Positions 23,262 to 33,155 of a stretch of 64,000 bases of DNA are shown here, piece by piece. Within the stretch, counting starts at the first letter, position 1. The number at the start of each line of letters is the position of its first letter. This DNA is from Diplonema japonicum (taxonomy: Eukaryota > Protista > Euglenozoa: Diplonemea): positions 62,001 through 126,000 of the forward strand of contig OZ025731.1 in assembly GCA_964019335.1 (NCBI GenBank), given 5' to 3'. Made by a program: the position numbers and the translations under genes. The notes below the pieces were generated by a model that was not told the DNA's origin, did not search any database, and worked only from the letters and a program-made list of their open reading frames with translations.

Positions 23262-23366
23262 CCCTGTTGTTCTATTCTATTGTCCTCTCCCATCCGCCTG
23301 CCTTTCAAACCCACAAAAGTTAAAAGGTACACAACTCCACCATCTGGGAGGAGAAAGAAAAAAATA

Positions 23367-24488
23367 ATGAAAATCCTGTACATCACGGTCGAGTACCACG
23401 CACAGTACAGCGGCAACGGCACAGCTTCCATCAGCTTCATCAGGTCTCTACGCGAGTTAGGATGTGAGGTTTTTGTCGTTTGCGGTGGGCTTGAGGCAGA
23501 CGTAAACCGATTTAAAGAAAAAGGACTTTGCTGCCAAGTCAGCAAATGGCACATACACGGAATGACAGGCCCTTGGGAAGAATGGGGCAAGGCCGTGGGG
23601 GAACGCATCATTGAATTCACACCCGATGTCGTGATAGGGGTAGACTGGGAGGCCAACGACGCTTATAAAAACCTGCTTCTCAACAACAAAACACTCAAGG
23701 GTGTCCCATATGTCTATTATAATTACAGGGTTTACCACCAAAACACCGGATGCACAGACGAAGAAACGAGATTCTACCTCGAAAAGGAAAAGGAAGCTTG
23801 CGGGCTGGCTGGAAAGGTTCTCTGTCTTTGTCGATCCGACAAAAGGGCTCTAGGAAAGCTCACGGGAAAACCGATCACCATTCTGCTTCCAGGCCTCCGA
23901 AAGGAGATATGGGAAGCCGCTGAGGCAACCGAGACTCAACAAGAGGATAAGATATATCTACTTTGCTGCGTGAGAGTTGTGGTTGAAAAGAATGTGCACG
24001 TCTTTGTCGAAGCAGTGGAGAAGATTGCTGAGCTGCTCCGACAGAGGGGCATCGTACCGTGCATGCTCGGCGCTTCAGATGGAAAAGACTACGGGGAAGG
24101 AGTTAGAAAAAGGATGCGTTCGCTGCCTTGCAAGACTGTTGTGAAAGATTTTGTCCCCCCTGACGAGCTTGCGGGCTTGATGCGCAGGTCGTGTTTGAAT
24201 GTCCACCCCGCCCTCAATGAGGCGTACGGCATGACAATCGTTGAGGCAGCTGCCATGGGATGCCCCAGCCTTGTGCACCAATGCGACATAGGAGCGACCG
24301 ACCTTCTCACGGCACCCAACGAGATCTTACTCACAGACATGTCGGACTCTGCCACCCTTGCCACCACCATCGTCCGTGTTCTCAATGAGCCGTCTCTTGC
24401 GTCCATCGCACAGGCTGCTTGTGCAAAGGCGCTTTCTTATGGCGAGCTGGAGAACGCTCGCTCACTCCGTTCTGCGGTGTCGTTGTAG
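23367..24488 (+). CDS. Glycosyltransferase family 4 (GT-B fold)
   Basis: MKILYIT start; RVVVEKN; EAYGMTIVEAAAMGCP (EX7E motif). Confidence 0.85.
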   Translation: MKILYITVEYHAQYSGNGTASISFIRSLRELGCEVFVVCGGLEADVNRFKEKGLCCQVSKWHIHGMTGPWEEWGKAVGERIIEFTPDVVIGVDWEANDAYKNLLLNNKTLKGVPYVYYNYRVYHQNTGCTDEETRFYLEKEKEACGLAGKVLCLCRSDKRALGKLTGKPITILLPGLRKEIWEAAEATETQQEDKIYLLCCVRVVVEKNVHVFVEAVEKIAELLRQRGIVPCMLGASDGKDYGEGVRKRMRSLPCKTVVKDFVPPDELAGLMRRSCLNVHPALNEAYGMTIVEAAAMGCPSLVHQCDIGATDLLTAPNEILLTDMSDSATLATTIVRVLNEPSLASIAQAACAKALSYGELENARSLRSAVSL

Positions 24489-24578
24489 TTTTTTTTTTGT
24501 CTTATTCCCTTTTGTGTCTGCTTTCTACGGTAAACAGAGTCGGGGAAGAGTGGTTTTTTTTTATTTTTTGGCCCCAAA

Positions 24579-25502
24579 ATGAGTAGGATGCCCCCCGCAC
24601 GGCTGCAATCTGTTGGAATTGTTGCGCTCTTCATCTGCTGGGCCACGCTGTGCACGGTGAGCAGCAAGAAGGTGATGACGGAGGTGGTCGCGAGCTCGAA
24701 CTTCCTGTTCCTTGTCCAAGGGATTGTGTCGATCGTGGGCCTGCACATCTCTGCTACGCTAGGCATGGTGGAGAGGTCTGTCGTGAAGATAAACGTGACA
24801 GGCACGTCGGGCAGGCGTCGCCTGCTCATCGCGGTGTCATACAGCATCAACGTAGCATGTGGGCTGTGCAGCCTGTTCTATGTAAACCTGCCAGCCTTCG
24901 GTGCCCTTAAACGGCTGACCACTGTGGCCTGCTGGGTTGGCGAGTACTACCTATTCCGCACAAGGCGAACCACCGCTTGCGCCCCTTCTCTGATCGTACT
25001 TGTCATCGGCACCATCGTGGCTGGTTGGCACGACATGGAGTTCTCTGCGTTGGGGTACTTCTTCGGTGTGGCTTCCTCAGCCGGGCAAGGGGTTGCGTTT
25101 GTCTTGTCGAAGACGTTAAAAGGAAGCGACGCAGGTCCCAAGGACTCCCTCAGCACAGTGTTGGAAGTGGTGTATTTGAATGCGGTTGTGTCTTCTGCTA
25201 TGATGGCGTGTGTTCTAACAGTGACAGGATGGGACGGGGTGCTCAGGGACGGTGCGAGCACGTTGCACGGGTACTCGCAGATCGGTCTCAATGCGGCGTG
25301 CATTCTCTTTCTCAACGTGGTGATCTTCCTGGACTGCACCATGAATACCCCTCTGACGCACACCGTGGCAGGGAACGTAAAGGCAACAGTAGCCTCGCTT
25401 ATTGGTGTTCTCATGTTCGGCACGGAGATCAACTACCTTGGCGGGGTGGGGCTGCTCCTTAACCTTGTCGGCGGTGTCTGGTACTCGATTCTCATCTCTT
25501 AA
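24579..25502 (+). CDS. Nucleotide-sugar transporter (SLC35D/TPT-like), copy 1
   Basis: ~10 TM; NLPAFGALKRLT, D.EFS..GY and NTPLTHTVAGNVK motifs. Confidence 0.8.
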   Translation: MSRMPPARLQSVGIVALFICWATLCTVSSKKVMTEVVASSNFLFLVQGIVSIVGLHISATLGMVERSVVKINVTGTSGRRRLLIAVSYSINVACGLCSLFYVNLPAFGALKRLTTVACWVGEYYLFRTRRTTACAPSLIVLVIGTIVAGWHDMEFSALGYFFGVASSAGQGVAFVLSKTLKGSDAGPKDSLSTVLEVVYLNAVVSSAMMACVLTVTGWDGVLRDGASTLHGYSQIGLNAACILFLNVVIFLDCTMNTPLTHTVAGNVKATVASLIGVLMFGTEINYLGGVGLLLNLVGGVWYSILIS

Positions 25503-25667
25503 CAGTTAGTTACTAATTTGTGTCCTCCCTCTGATCTAGTTACACCCTCGTGCTACAGGAGGTTCTAAAAAAAAAAAAAAAAAGAGGCTTTATACTTTTT
25601 TTTTTTTCTTCTTCTCCCCTTCTTCTTCTTCTTCTTCTCTTTCTTCTCAGTTCCCTTGGATGCTAAA

Positions 25668-26579
25668 ATGTTTGAGGGTGCGCTAGTTACGCCCAGACAG
25701 TCCATCGGGATTATAATCCTGTTTGTGGGATGGGCCACACTGTGCACGGTGAGCAGCAAGAAGGTGATGACGGAGGTGGTCGCGAGCTCGAACTTCTTGT
25801 TTCTCCTACAAGGAGTTGTGTCAATCGTAGGCCTGCACCTTCTGGCAGGCGTGGGCGTTCTCGACAAGTCTGTAGTACGTATTGACGGGTCAAATAAGAA
25901 AGGCCTCTGGATAGCAGTTGCCTACACTGCCAACGTGGCATGCGGCCTGTGCAGCCTGTTCTACGTCAGCATCCCGATGTTCGGGGCGCTTAAGAGGCTC
26001 ACCATCCTAGCGTGCTGGGTGGGTGAGTATCACTTGTTCCCCAATGCCAGCACCATGTCCTGCGTGCTGCCATTGGCGGTTATGGTCATCGGCACCATCG
26101 TGGCTGGTTGGCACGACATGGAGTTCTCTGCGTTGGGGTACTTCTTCGGTGTGGCTTCCTCAGCCGGGCAAGGGGTTGCGTTTGTCTTGTCGAAGACGTT
26201 AAAAGGAAGCGACGCAGGTCCCAAGGACTCCCTCAGCACAGTGTTGGAAGTGGTGTATTTGAATGCGGTTGTGTCTTCTGCGATGATGGCGTGTGTTCTA
26301 ACAGTGACAGGATGGGACGGGGTGCTCAGGGACGGTGCGAGCACGTTGCACGGGTACTCGCAGATCGGTCTCAATGCGGCGTGCATTCTCTTTCTCAACG
26401 TGGTGATCTTCCTGGACTGCACCATGAATACCCCTCTGACGCACGCTGTAGCAGGGAACGCCAAGGCTGCGGCAACAACAATCACGGGCATTGCTGTGTT
26501 CGGCACGGAGATCAACTACCTTGGCGGGGTGGGGCTGGTCCTTAACCTTGTTGGGGGTGCGTGGTACTCATACGTATGA
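25668..26579 (+). CDS. Nucleotide-sugar transporter, tandem paralog (copy 2)
   Basis: Same motifs as copy 1; ATG 18 nt after a long pyrimidine tract + AG (25650). Confidence 0.8.
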   Translation: MFEGALVTPRQSIGIIILFVGWATLCTVSSKKVMTEVVASSNFLFLLQGVVSIVGLHLLAGVGVLDKSVVRIDGSNKKGLWIAVAYTANVACGLCSLFYVSIPMFGALKRLTILACWVGEYHLFPNASTMSCVLPLAVMVIGTIVAGWHDMEFSALGYFFGVASSAGQGVAFVLSKTLKGSDAGPKDSLSTVLEVVYLNAVVSSAMMACVLTVTGWDGVLRDGASTLHGYSQIGLNAACILFLNVVIFLDCTMNTPLTHAVAGNAKAAATTITGIAVFGTEINYLGGVGLVLNLVGGAWYSYV

Positions 26580-26973
26580 AGAAGAAAAAAAAAGGGGGGG
26601 GTCACAACAACCAATGCCGCAGGTTCGCCTAATGTCCAAACCGACTGGTCCCGGGAAGAAACATGATGACGAACAGCAAGCCGTTTGAGGGAAAAGGAGG
26701 AGGGAAAAAAAGGAAAAAGAGAAGAAGAAAACAAATGCTATCTCTACTTAATATAATGACATCGATTTACTTTTTTTTTTTTTTTACGCTCTATATTCGC
26801 TAAGTGACCCACCAGAACCCGCATTTTGAAGAGCTAAAAAAATTTCTAATTGCTTTTTCTAGGGCTGGAATGGATTTATTTGCGTCCGGGGCCCAATGTT
26901 CGACATATGGAATTTTTTTTTGTAATGAGCTCGTCCGTGGAAGATTGCCCATATGTTTTCTTTTTTGGACTAA

Positions 26974-27084
26974 ATGATGACAGAAATCTGGATCCAACAC
27001 GGACGGTCCCCTTTTTTAAAAAAAAAAAAGGGTACCGGCTGAAAGATAAACCCTTATTTCAAAATACGAGCTTTTTAACCCTGA
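26974..27084 (+). ncRNA. C/D snoRNA family A (snR47/U36-like, SSU Am at yeast A619 equivalent); other copies 28243-28356, 28731-28830, 33762-33873
   Basis: C box ATGATGA. D guide ACGAGCTTTTTAAC-C-CTGA pairs with SSU GUUAAAAAGCUCGU; D+5 is the first A after GUU. Confidence 0.85.
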
Positions 27085-27138
27085 TATTACAGCGAAGCAT
27101 TTGTGGCTGTCTGTTTGCCCCATTTTCCCCCAGCTCCT

Positions 27139-27213
27139 TGTGATTACAACCTTACGTTCGTTATATTTTTTCATTGACACAAACCACGTGAAAACTTATT
27201 ATGGTCGAGATCA
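27139..27213 (+). ncRNA. Candidate single-hairpin AGA-box (H/ACA-like) RNA, family H; copies ~28411-28485, ~33928-34002
   Basis: Stems TGATTA/TGGTCG and TTACGT/ACGTGA, AGA box, ~73 nt, identical in 3 copies. Target not identified. Confidence 0.55.
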
Positions 27214-27277
27214 TGAAGGACAGCACACGCCTTTTCTTTTCTCTTCCCTTTCTTCCCTTCCCTCCCGTTGTTTTGAG

Positions 27278-27370
27278 GTGATGATACCTGGACTCTACCG
27301 CCCTAGCCAATCTGAAGATCTTCAAACAATCGCTTGTTGAGCAACGATTCCTATCAAATACCCTACCTGA
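27278..27370 (+). ncRNA. C/D snoRNA family B (double guide); copies 28550-28642, 34067-34159, 38946-39038
   Basis: C box GTGATGA. D' guide TACCGCCCTAGCCAA is antisense to the LSU P-loop region UUGGCUGGGGCGG. D guide AATACCCTAC is antisense to SSU-type GUAGGGUAUU. Confidence 0.8.
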
Positions 27371-27426
27371 CTTCTGATCGCAGGGGTTCTGAGGGGTCCT
27401 TCTTTTCACGAGACGAAGAAAGAACT

Positions 27427-27497
27427 CCCAGCAGACAGTTGAGTCGCTTCCATTTCTCGTTGATACTTGTGAAGTGAATTATGCTTCTGCGAGAGGT
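27427..27497 (+). ncRNA. Single-hairpin AGA-box RNA, family E; copies ~27918-27988, ~33471-33541, ~34216-34286 plus fragments
   Basis: Stems GCAGA/TCTGC and TCGCTTC/GAAGTGA with an internal pocket, ending AGA-GGT. Confidence 0.65.
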
Positions 27498-27579
27498 GTC
27501 TTGCTGGTGCCCTTTACCTCTCGTTTGCTCCCCGCTGTAGAAACCCTACCCCACACATCCTAACTAAATTCCCAACAAC

Positions 27580-27660
27580 ATGATGAGGACTATTCCTTCA
27601 AACGTTTCCTGTTAGCTTGATCGACCAAGATGACACATTTTAACACTCAGCTCACTCTGA
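27580..27660 (+). ncRNA. C/D snoRNA family C (snR71/U29-like, LSU PTC); copies 28879-28959, 33156-33236, 34369-34449, 36784-36864, 37247-37327, 39621-39701
   Basis: D guide ACTCAGCTCAC-T-CTGA pairs with GUGAGCUGGGU (D+5 is the yeast A2946 equivalent). D' guide ACGTTTCCTGTTAGC pairs with the adjacent CUAAYAGGGAACGU. Confidence 0.85.
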
Positions 27661-27712
27661 TATTTGATTTCTCTTTCCCCGTTCATAGGGAGCAGTGAAC
27701 CACCAAAAAGAA

Positions 27713-27813
27713 ATGATGACAGAAATCTGGGACGACCCCCTTTAAAAAAAAAAAAAGTGGGCCCGGCTGAAAGATAAACCCTTATTTCAAAACCGAGCTT
27801 TTTAACAGCCTGA
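27713..27813 (+). ncRNA. C/D snoRNA family A' (register-shifted paralog of A); copies 33298-33408, 34515-34616, 36930-37033, 39309-39413; decayed copies ~29005-29110, ~36405-36470
   Basis: Same scaffold as A but D guide CGAGCTTTTTAACAGC-CTGA; D+5 is the first U of GUUAAAAAG. Confidence 0.8.
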
Positions 27814-28020
27814 TTCACCCTTACGTTTCCCAGTTCTTTTCTTCACCAACACCCTTGCATCGCTCTGCTTCACGACCTTTCACCACTTTTTCCTTCGCGA
27901 AAAAAAAAAAAAGAACTCCCAGCAGACAGTTGAGTCGCTTCCATTTCTCGTTGATACTTGTGAAGTGAATTATGCTTCTGCGAGAGGTGTCCTTACCTAC
28001 TATATGTTTAGCCAGCACAC

Positions 28021-28105
28021 ATGATGACAAACCCAAACCCATCGGTGTGTACGAATTCTGATCTTCTGAATTGAGGACAACTTCTTCTTTCGACGGGCGG
28101 ACTGA
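28021..28105 (+). ncRNA. C/D snoRNA family D (snR70/U43-like, SSU decoding centre); copies 29126-29210, 33574-33658, 36557-36641, 39098-39182
   Basis: D guide CGACGGGCGG-A-CTGA pairs with CCGCCCGUCG (D+5 is the yeast C1639 / E. coli C1402 equivalent). D' guide CGGTGTGTACGAA pairs with UUUGUACACACCG. Confidence 0.9.
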
Positions 28106-28147
28106 CCTACCAAAAGAAACGAGCAAAGGAAAGGAACCCCGTGACAC

Positions 28148-28213
28148 GATCCGCGGTTCAAGAATCAAGGCAGATGCTCTGTTCTGCTTTGTTTCCACCC
28201 CCGCTGTAGAACA
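28148..28213 (+). ncRNA. Single-hairpin AGA-box RNA, family F; copies ~36684-36749, ~39203-39266
   Basis: Stems GCGG/CCGC and CAAGGCAGA/TCTGCTTTG, ending TGT-AGA-ACA. Confidence 0.65.
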
Positions 28214-29290
28214 GCTGTCTTGACATTTCTTTTTTGGACTAAATGATGACAGAAATCTGGATCCAACACGGACGGTCCCCTTTTTTAAAAAAAAAAAAAA
28301 AGGGTACCGGCTGAAAGATAAACCCTTATTTCAAAATACGAGCTTTTTAACCCTGATATTACAGCGAAGCATTTGTGGCTGTCTGTTTGCCCCATTTTCC
28401 CCCAGCTCCTTGTGATTACAACCTTACGTTCGTTATATTTTTTCATTGACACAAACCACGTGAAAACTTATTATGGTCGAGATCATGAAGGACAGCACAC
28501 GCCTTTTCTTTTCTCTTCCCTTTCTTCCCTTCCCTCCCGTTGTTTTGAGGTGATGATACCTGGACTCTACCGCCCTAGCCAATCTGAAGATCTTCAAACA
28601 ATCGCTTGTTGAGCAACGATTCCTATCAAATACCCTACCTGACTTCTGATCGCAGGGGTTCTGAGGGGTCCTTCTTTTCATGAGACGAAGAAAGAACTCC
28701 CAGCAGACAGTTGAGTCGCTTCTATTCTAAATGATGACAGAAATCTGGATCCAACACAGACGGCCCTTTATGGAGGGTTTTTGGTTGAAGACAAACCCTT
28801 ATTTCAAAAATACGAGCTTTTTAACCCTGATATAAATCTTTTCTCTCCACGCTCCTAATGCTCTTTTAGTTTGTTAACATGATGAGGACTATTCCTTCAA
28901 ACGTTTCCTGTTAGCTTGATCGACCAAGATGACACATTTTAACACTCAGCTCACTCTGATTTTGTTTCCTCCAGTCATGCGCGGCAGTATTCAGAAATAT
29001 CTTTGCCAGAAATGTAGATATCCAACACGGACAACCCCCCTTTTTTTAAAAGGGACCGGCTGAAAAATAAACCTTAATTTTCAAAACCCGAGCTTTTTAA
29101 CAGCCCAAGATGCCGGTAACACCACATGATGACAAACCCAAACCCATCGGTGTGTACGAATTCTGATCTTCTGAATTGAGGACAACTTCTTCTTTCGACG
29201 GGCGGACTGATCTACCAATGTAACTTAATCTTATCTACCTCCACTAAGAAAAGGAGGGTACTCTGGGGGGAAGGGGAAAAAAAAAAAGAA

Positions 29291-30385
29291 ATGTCAATGC
29301 GAAGCTCACACGCAGGGGATCTAGAGGACGCTAGACAGCTCACGAGAGGGGAGGTATTTCAGGCAGCACTGGAGAACACCGTGAACGGGGTGGAAAAAAT
29401 GGTTTCCATGCTGGAAGACAGCAGTGTTGAAGACCCGGTCGTCTCCGAAGAAGAAGCAGGCGGCGTGGTCGCCCTTCTGGTCTATTGCGCAGACAATCTG
29501 ACAAAACTCGAAGAAACTGTGGAAGGCGAACACAAAAGAGGATTTCTCCCGAAAAACCCCGGATCAGTAGGCGGTTCCGGCCGGGAAAGCCTGGGCGAAT
29601 CAACCGGCCTTCTAGCAAACTTAAAACACTTAAAACTCTCACCCAACGCAAACAACAGGCAATCCCTCATGTCAACCTACAGTATGTACACAGAAGGAGG
29701 CGGGAAAATCGACATCCCGAAAAAACCAAGATTTACTAGAAAGATGATCAGATACCTCGCGCTGGCCGGGATCATGTGGCAGGTACTGTCGGTGTGCTTG
29801 CTGATGATTCTAAGCAAGGTTATGAAAAAAGGTTCGGATGATGAATCCGGGGAGCTTTGGGTGAAATTTGTTCTGACAATTCTTTGCGTCTTCCAAGTAA
29901 TCCATGTCCTGACCACCATCAGCTTCATGTACAAAATCGGAATGCAAATCGCACACCACACCATTTCTATAGAAACCCTAGTCCAGTCGTATGGAAGCAC
30001 CATTATGGCAATGGCAGGGATCTACTACCTGTTTATGGCGATGAACCACACTAGTTTCGATGGGTTCAAGGGGAAACGTCTTGGGCAGAAGTGGAGTGCC
30101 GACCATGATGTTATCACTGGCACGCCCGAGGACCAATGGCTTCTCTTCATCCATCTTGTGTACCTCTCGTGCACTACTATGACAGGTTGTGGTTATGGGG
30201 ACCTCACTCCTGTGTCCTGGTACGCCGTGCTTGCGATCATGCTGGAGCAGCTTCTCTCTGTCTTTTTCGCTACGGTTATATTCGGGCTTGGTTTGCAGCA
30301 TTTCACCACCCGTCTGCACACTCGTAAGAAGGCTCTCGAACTGAGGAAGCAGATTCAAGAGAACGAGTGGGAAGCTGCCGCTTGA
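29291..30385 (+). CDS. Potassium-channel-like protein (Ion_trans_2-type pore) with atypical filter
   Basis: TM helices and pore loop YLSCTTMTGCGYGDLTP followed by an inner helix. Confidence 0.8.
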   Translation: MSMRSSHAGDLEDARQLTRGEVFQAALENTVNGVEKMVSMLEDSSVEDPVVSEEEAGGVVALLVYCADNLTKLEETVEGEHKRGFLPKNPGSVGGSGRESLGESTGLLANLKHLKLSPNANNRQSLMSTYSMYTEGGGKIDIPKKPRFTRKMIRYLALAGIMWQVLSVCLLMILSKVMKKGSDDESGELWVKFVLTILCVFQVIHVLTTISFMYKIGMQIAHHTISIETLVQSYGSTIMAMAGIYYLFMAMNHTSFDGFKGKRLGQKWSADHDVITGTPEDQWLLFIHLVYLSCTTMTGCGYGDLTPVSWYAVLAIMLEQLLSVFFATVIFGLGLQHFTTRLHTRKKALELRKQIQENEWEAAA

Positions 30386-30588
30386 TAAATTGAAAAGTTG
30401 TTTTGTTTGTGTGGGATTTTCCCTCCCCTCCCCTCCCCTCAACATCTCCTCTCGTTCAATGCTCGGTGTGGGATCATATAAATTTCTTGGAATTTGTAAA
30501 GTTTTTTTTTTTTTTTTTTTTTTTTGTGGTAAACCCCATTTTTTTTTTTTAAGGGCGGCCCTCCATGAGGGGGTTTGTCCTGCACTTC

Positions 30589-30657
<69 letters not shown>

Positions 30658-30713
30658 CCCCGTCGGGTAAGAGTGATCTATAGGCACCGAAATTTCTTTT
30701 TTGTTTCTTTTAA

Positions 30714-32509
30714 CCATCTATCAACGAGCGTCTATATATAGACGATTTGAAAAAAAATCTTTTACGCAAAGGGCTTTCAATGCAATACGGCCCGGCCCTT
30801 TCTTGCCGGCGGGGTCCTGCGCGGAAAATATGAAAAAAATAAACTAAATGCTGCCCTAACTTAACAAGAAAATGAAAAAATGAAAAAAAACGCCAGCCCA
30901 AATTTACCCTTAAAAATCACTTCAAAAAAAGGCGCCCGGAAAGAGGGCCGGAAGAGGACGTTATGAGTGATGGCAGCACGATGGCTCATCCCTGTTATGC
31001 AATTTTGATACAAACAGTGATTCTGATACGAATTCGACCGATTCCTAGTCACAGCAGGGTGATTGGACGGCAAAGCCGGAGCAGTTGGAAGGCATCCGGT
31101 TTCGTGAAGATCGAAATCCTTGTGGACCCTGTTTTGACATCAAAGGCTCAATGCCATACCATATATTCTCCAAATGCTCGTCCCAAACGTTATTCGGGTC
31201 ATAACTTGGAACAATGTGGCAAATGCGGCTAAAAAAGGTGTCTCCCTGGATCTCGATGCTGCTTCTCTGCATACCTTCCTAGGTGTCCTTTTGTCGATGG
31301 ACTTGGATATCAAGCCAGATTATTCTGATTACTGGCACACTGGCTCCACGTCTCTCAACTACACCCCTGGGTACGCCACCGTCATGTCAAGAGACCGCTT
31401 TTTGACTATTCTGGGAAATCTGTGTTTCCACAGCGAAACAAACAAGCGTGCTGACTTCTACTTATCGCAAAGGCCTCCCGGAGATCATGGATGCCCCAAA
31501 GAAGCGAGGCCGCATGCCAAGGACGCGGACACCCAGTTCCACCAGCACGCGAGCATCCTTTGCACCACAACGTGGCATGACATCATGCCAGCGTGCTTTC
31601 TATCGACGTTGGATGTTCCGGTGAAGTCGAATTTGACGTGTCCGCCAATAGAGAATGAAAGCCGGAAAGGACATCCCGCCCCCCACCAAGTGTATATTTA
31701 CAACACCGCAATGGGCGGAACCGACGCTGGGTGATGCTGTGACAAAACGCCATAAACGCTCCCTTATGACTTAAAAGTGGCCCCTAAAAGTATTTTTGTA
31801 CTTGTTAGGTAAATCTCTGGCGAATGCTTGGCTTGTTTGGAAAGAAGCCTTGCCCCCCAACGCCTTGAGTACGAACGACAGTGGATTTACGCCTTTCAAA
31901 GAGGCAGTCATCGAAGGGCTACTAGGGAGGCAGTCTAAACAACAGATAAAGTCAACTACAGAGCAGGCTGCCCCAATACCATGCCCCGAAACACAGAACG
32001 AGTGCTCTGAGACCCCAATGCGCCGTGACAGTACCTTCTGGGACCATTTCCCCGAAAAAGTAGTGCAACGTGCGGTGCAAGCATTGCAAGTCGAAAAGAC
32101 CCCTATTTCAGTGTTCAGCCTGCTTGGTACAACTTTGCGTGACTCCGTGCTTCAAAGACTACCACCTTGCCGGGGATACCCCCCAGAAACCCCTCCCGGG
32201 GTCAAAAAAGAAGTCCCCCAGCCCTGGGGCACATACGAACCGCGTCAAGAAGGCCTTAAATAGCTTTTTATAGAATTTTACAGTCGATTTTTTTTGACTT
32301 GTTTTTTGTATCCCCTCTCGGGCACTTCAGGAACGATATTTTTGACAATGTTGTGGGGGTGGACCCTGCTGTGGGCACCCTCTCTCTAGAATTGGGACAT
32401 CTGGAGGCATTTCCGGGGGCATATAGCCCCGGCGTTGCGCTGGAATAGCTTTTTTTGAAGTTTTGAAAATTTACCCCCTGGTGGGCAAAAATGGTCCGTT
32501 GGTAGATGG
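30714..32509 (+). mobile_element. piggyBac-family element, internally deleted, copy 1
   Basis: TTAA at 30710-30713 and 32510-32513; 13-bp TIR CCATCTAYCAACG; broken transposase (YSDYW, MSRDRF, WHD..FLST, YNTAMGGTD, KWPLKVF, C-terminal CxxC..CxxC..CFKDYH). Confidence 0.9.
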
Positions 32510-32801
32510 TTAAAAAATGCTAGTTGGGTGACAGCGTAATATGAGCTTTTTTTTTTTTTTTTTATTAGGTAAAAAAATTCCGCTCGCGCGCACAAACAAA
32601 TGAAGCGCCAAACTAGTTTTTTTTCTTTTCTTTTCTTTTCTTTTCTTTTCTTTTCTTTGAAGCCGTTTGGGTGCTCGCTCTACAGCATTGTTCATTGCAC
32701 CACCATATGACGCCAGACCTCGGACTAGTCAGTAGAATTGGTGGGGATTTGGCGAAATGTGTTAGAACTAGTGTACTTTGGAAGCTGCTGTGGGTCCGGT
32801 G

Positions 32802-32837
<36 letters not shown>

Positions 32838-33155
32838 TTATTCTCTCTCGCTTTCGTTTTGTTTCCCCTCACCCTCATCCCCCTCTTCAGCATTCCTCTT
32901 TCCTTTACCCTGCTTCTACCCCGTTTCCCGCTGTCTCCCTTTTAGAGGAAAGACTTAAGTGCGCCAGAGCAGTACGAATTATAAGAAAAATCGGAAACAA
33001 AAAAAAAAAAACAAAAAAAAAAAAAGAAATATCACCACCACTATCCATCCCCACTTTCTCTCTTCCAGGGGGAGGAAAAAAAAATCTCAATGCATTTTTT
33101 ATTTTATTTTACACACATCCATTTTCCCACACATCCTAACTAAATTCCCAACAAC

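Larger units (their letters stand above)
26974..29210 (+). ncRNA. snoRNA cluster block 1 (C/D families A, A', B, C, D and AGA-box RNAs)
   Basis: Repeated RTGATGA...CTGA units with 10-16 nt antisense matches to conserved rRNA sequence; also single hairpins ending in AGA+3 nt. Confidence 0.9.
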
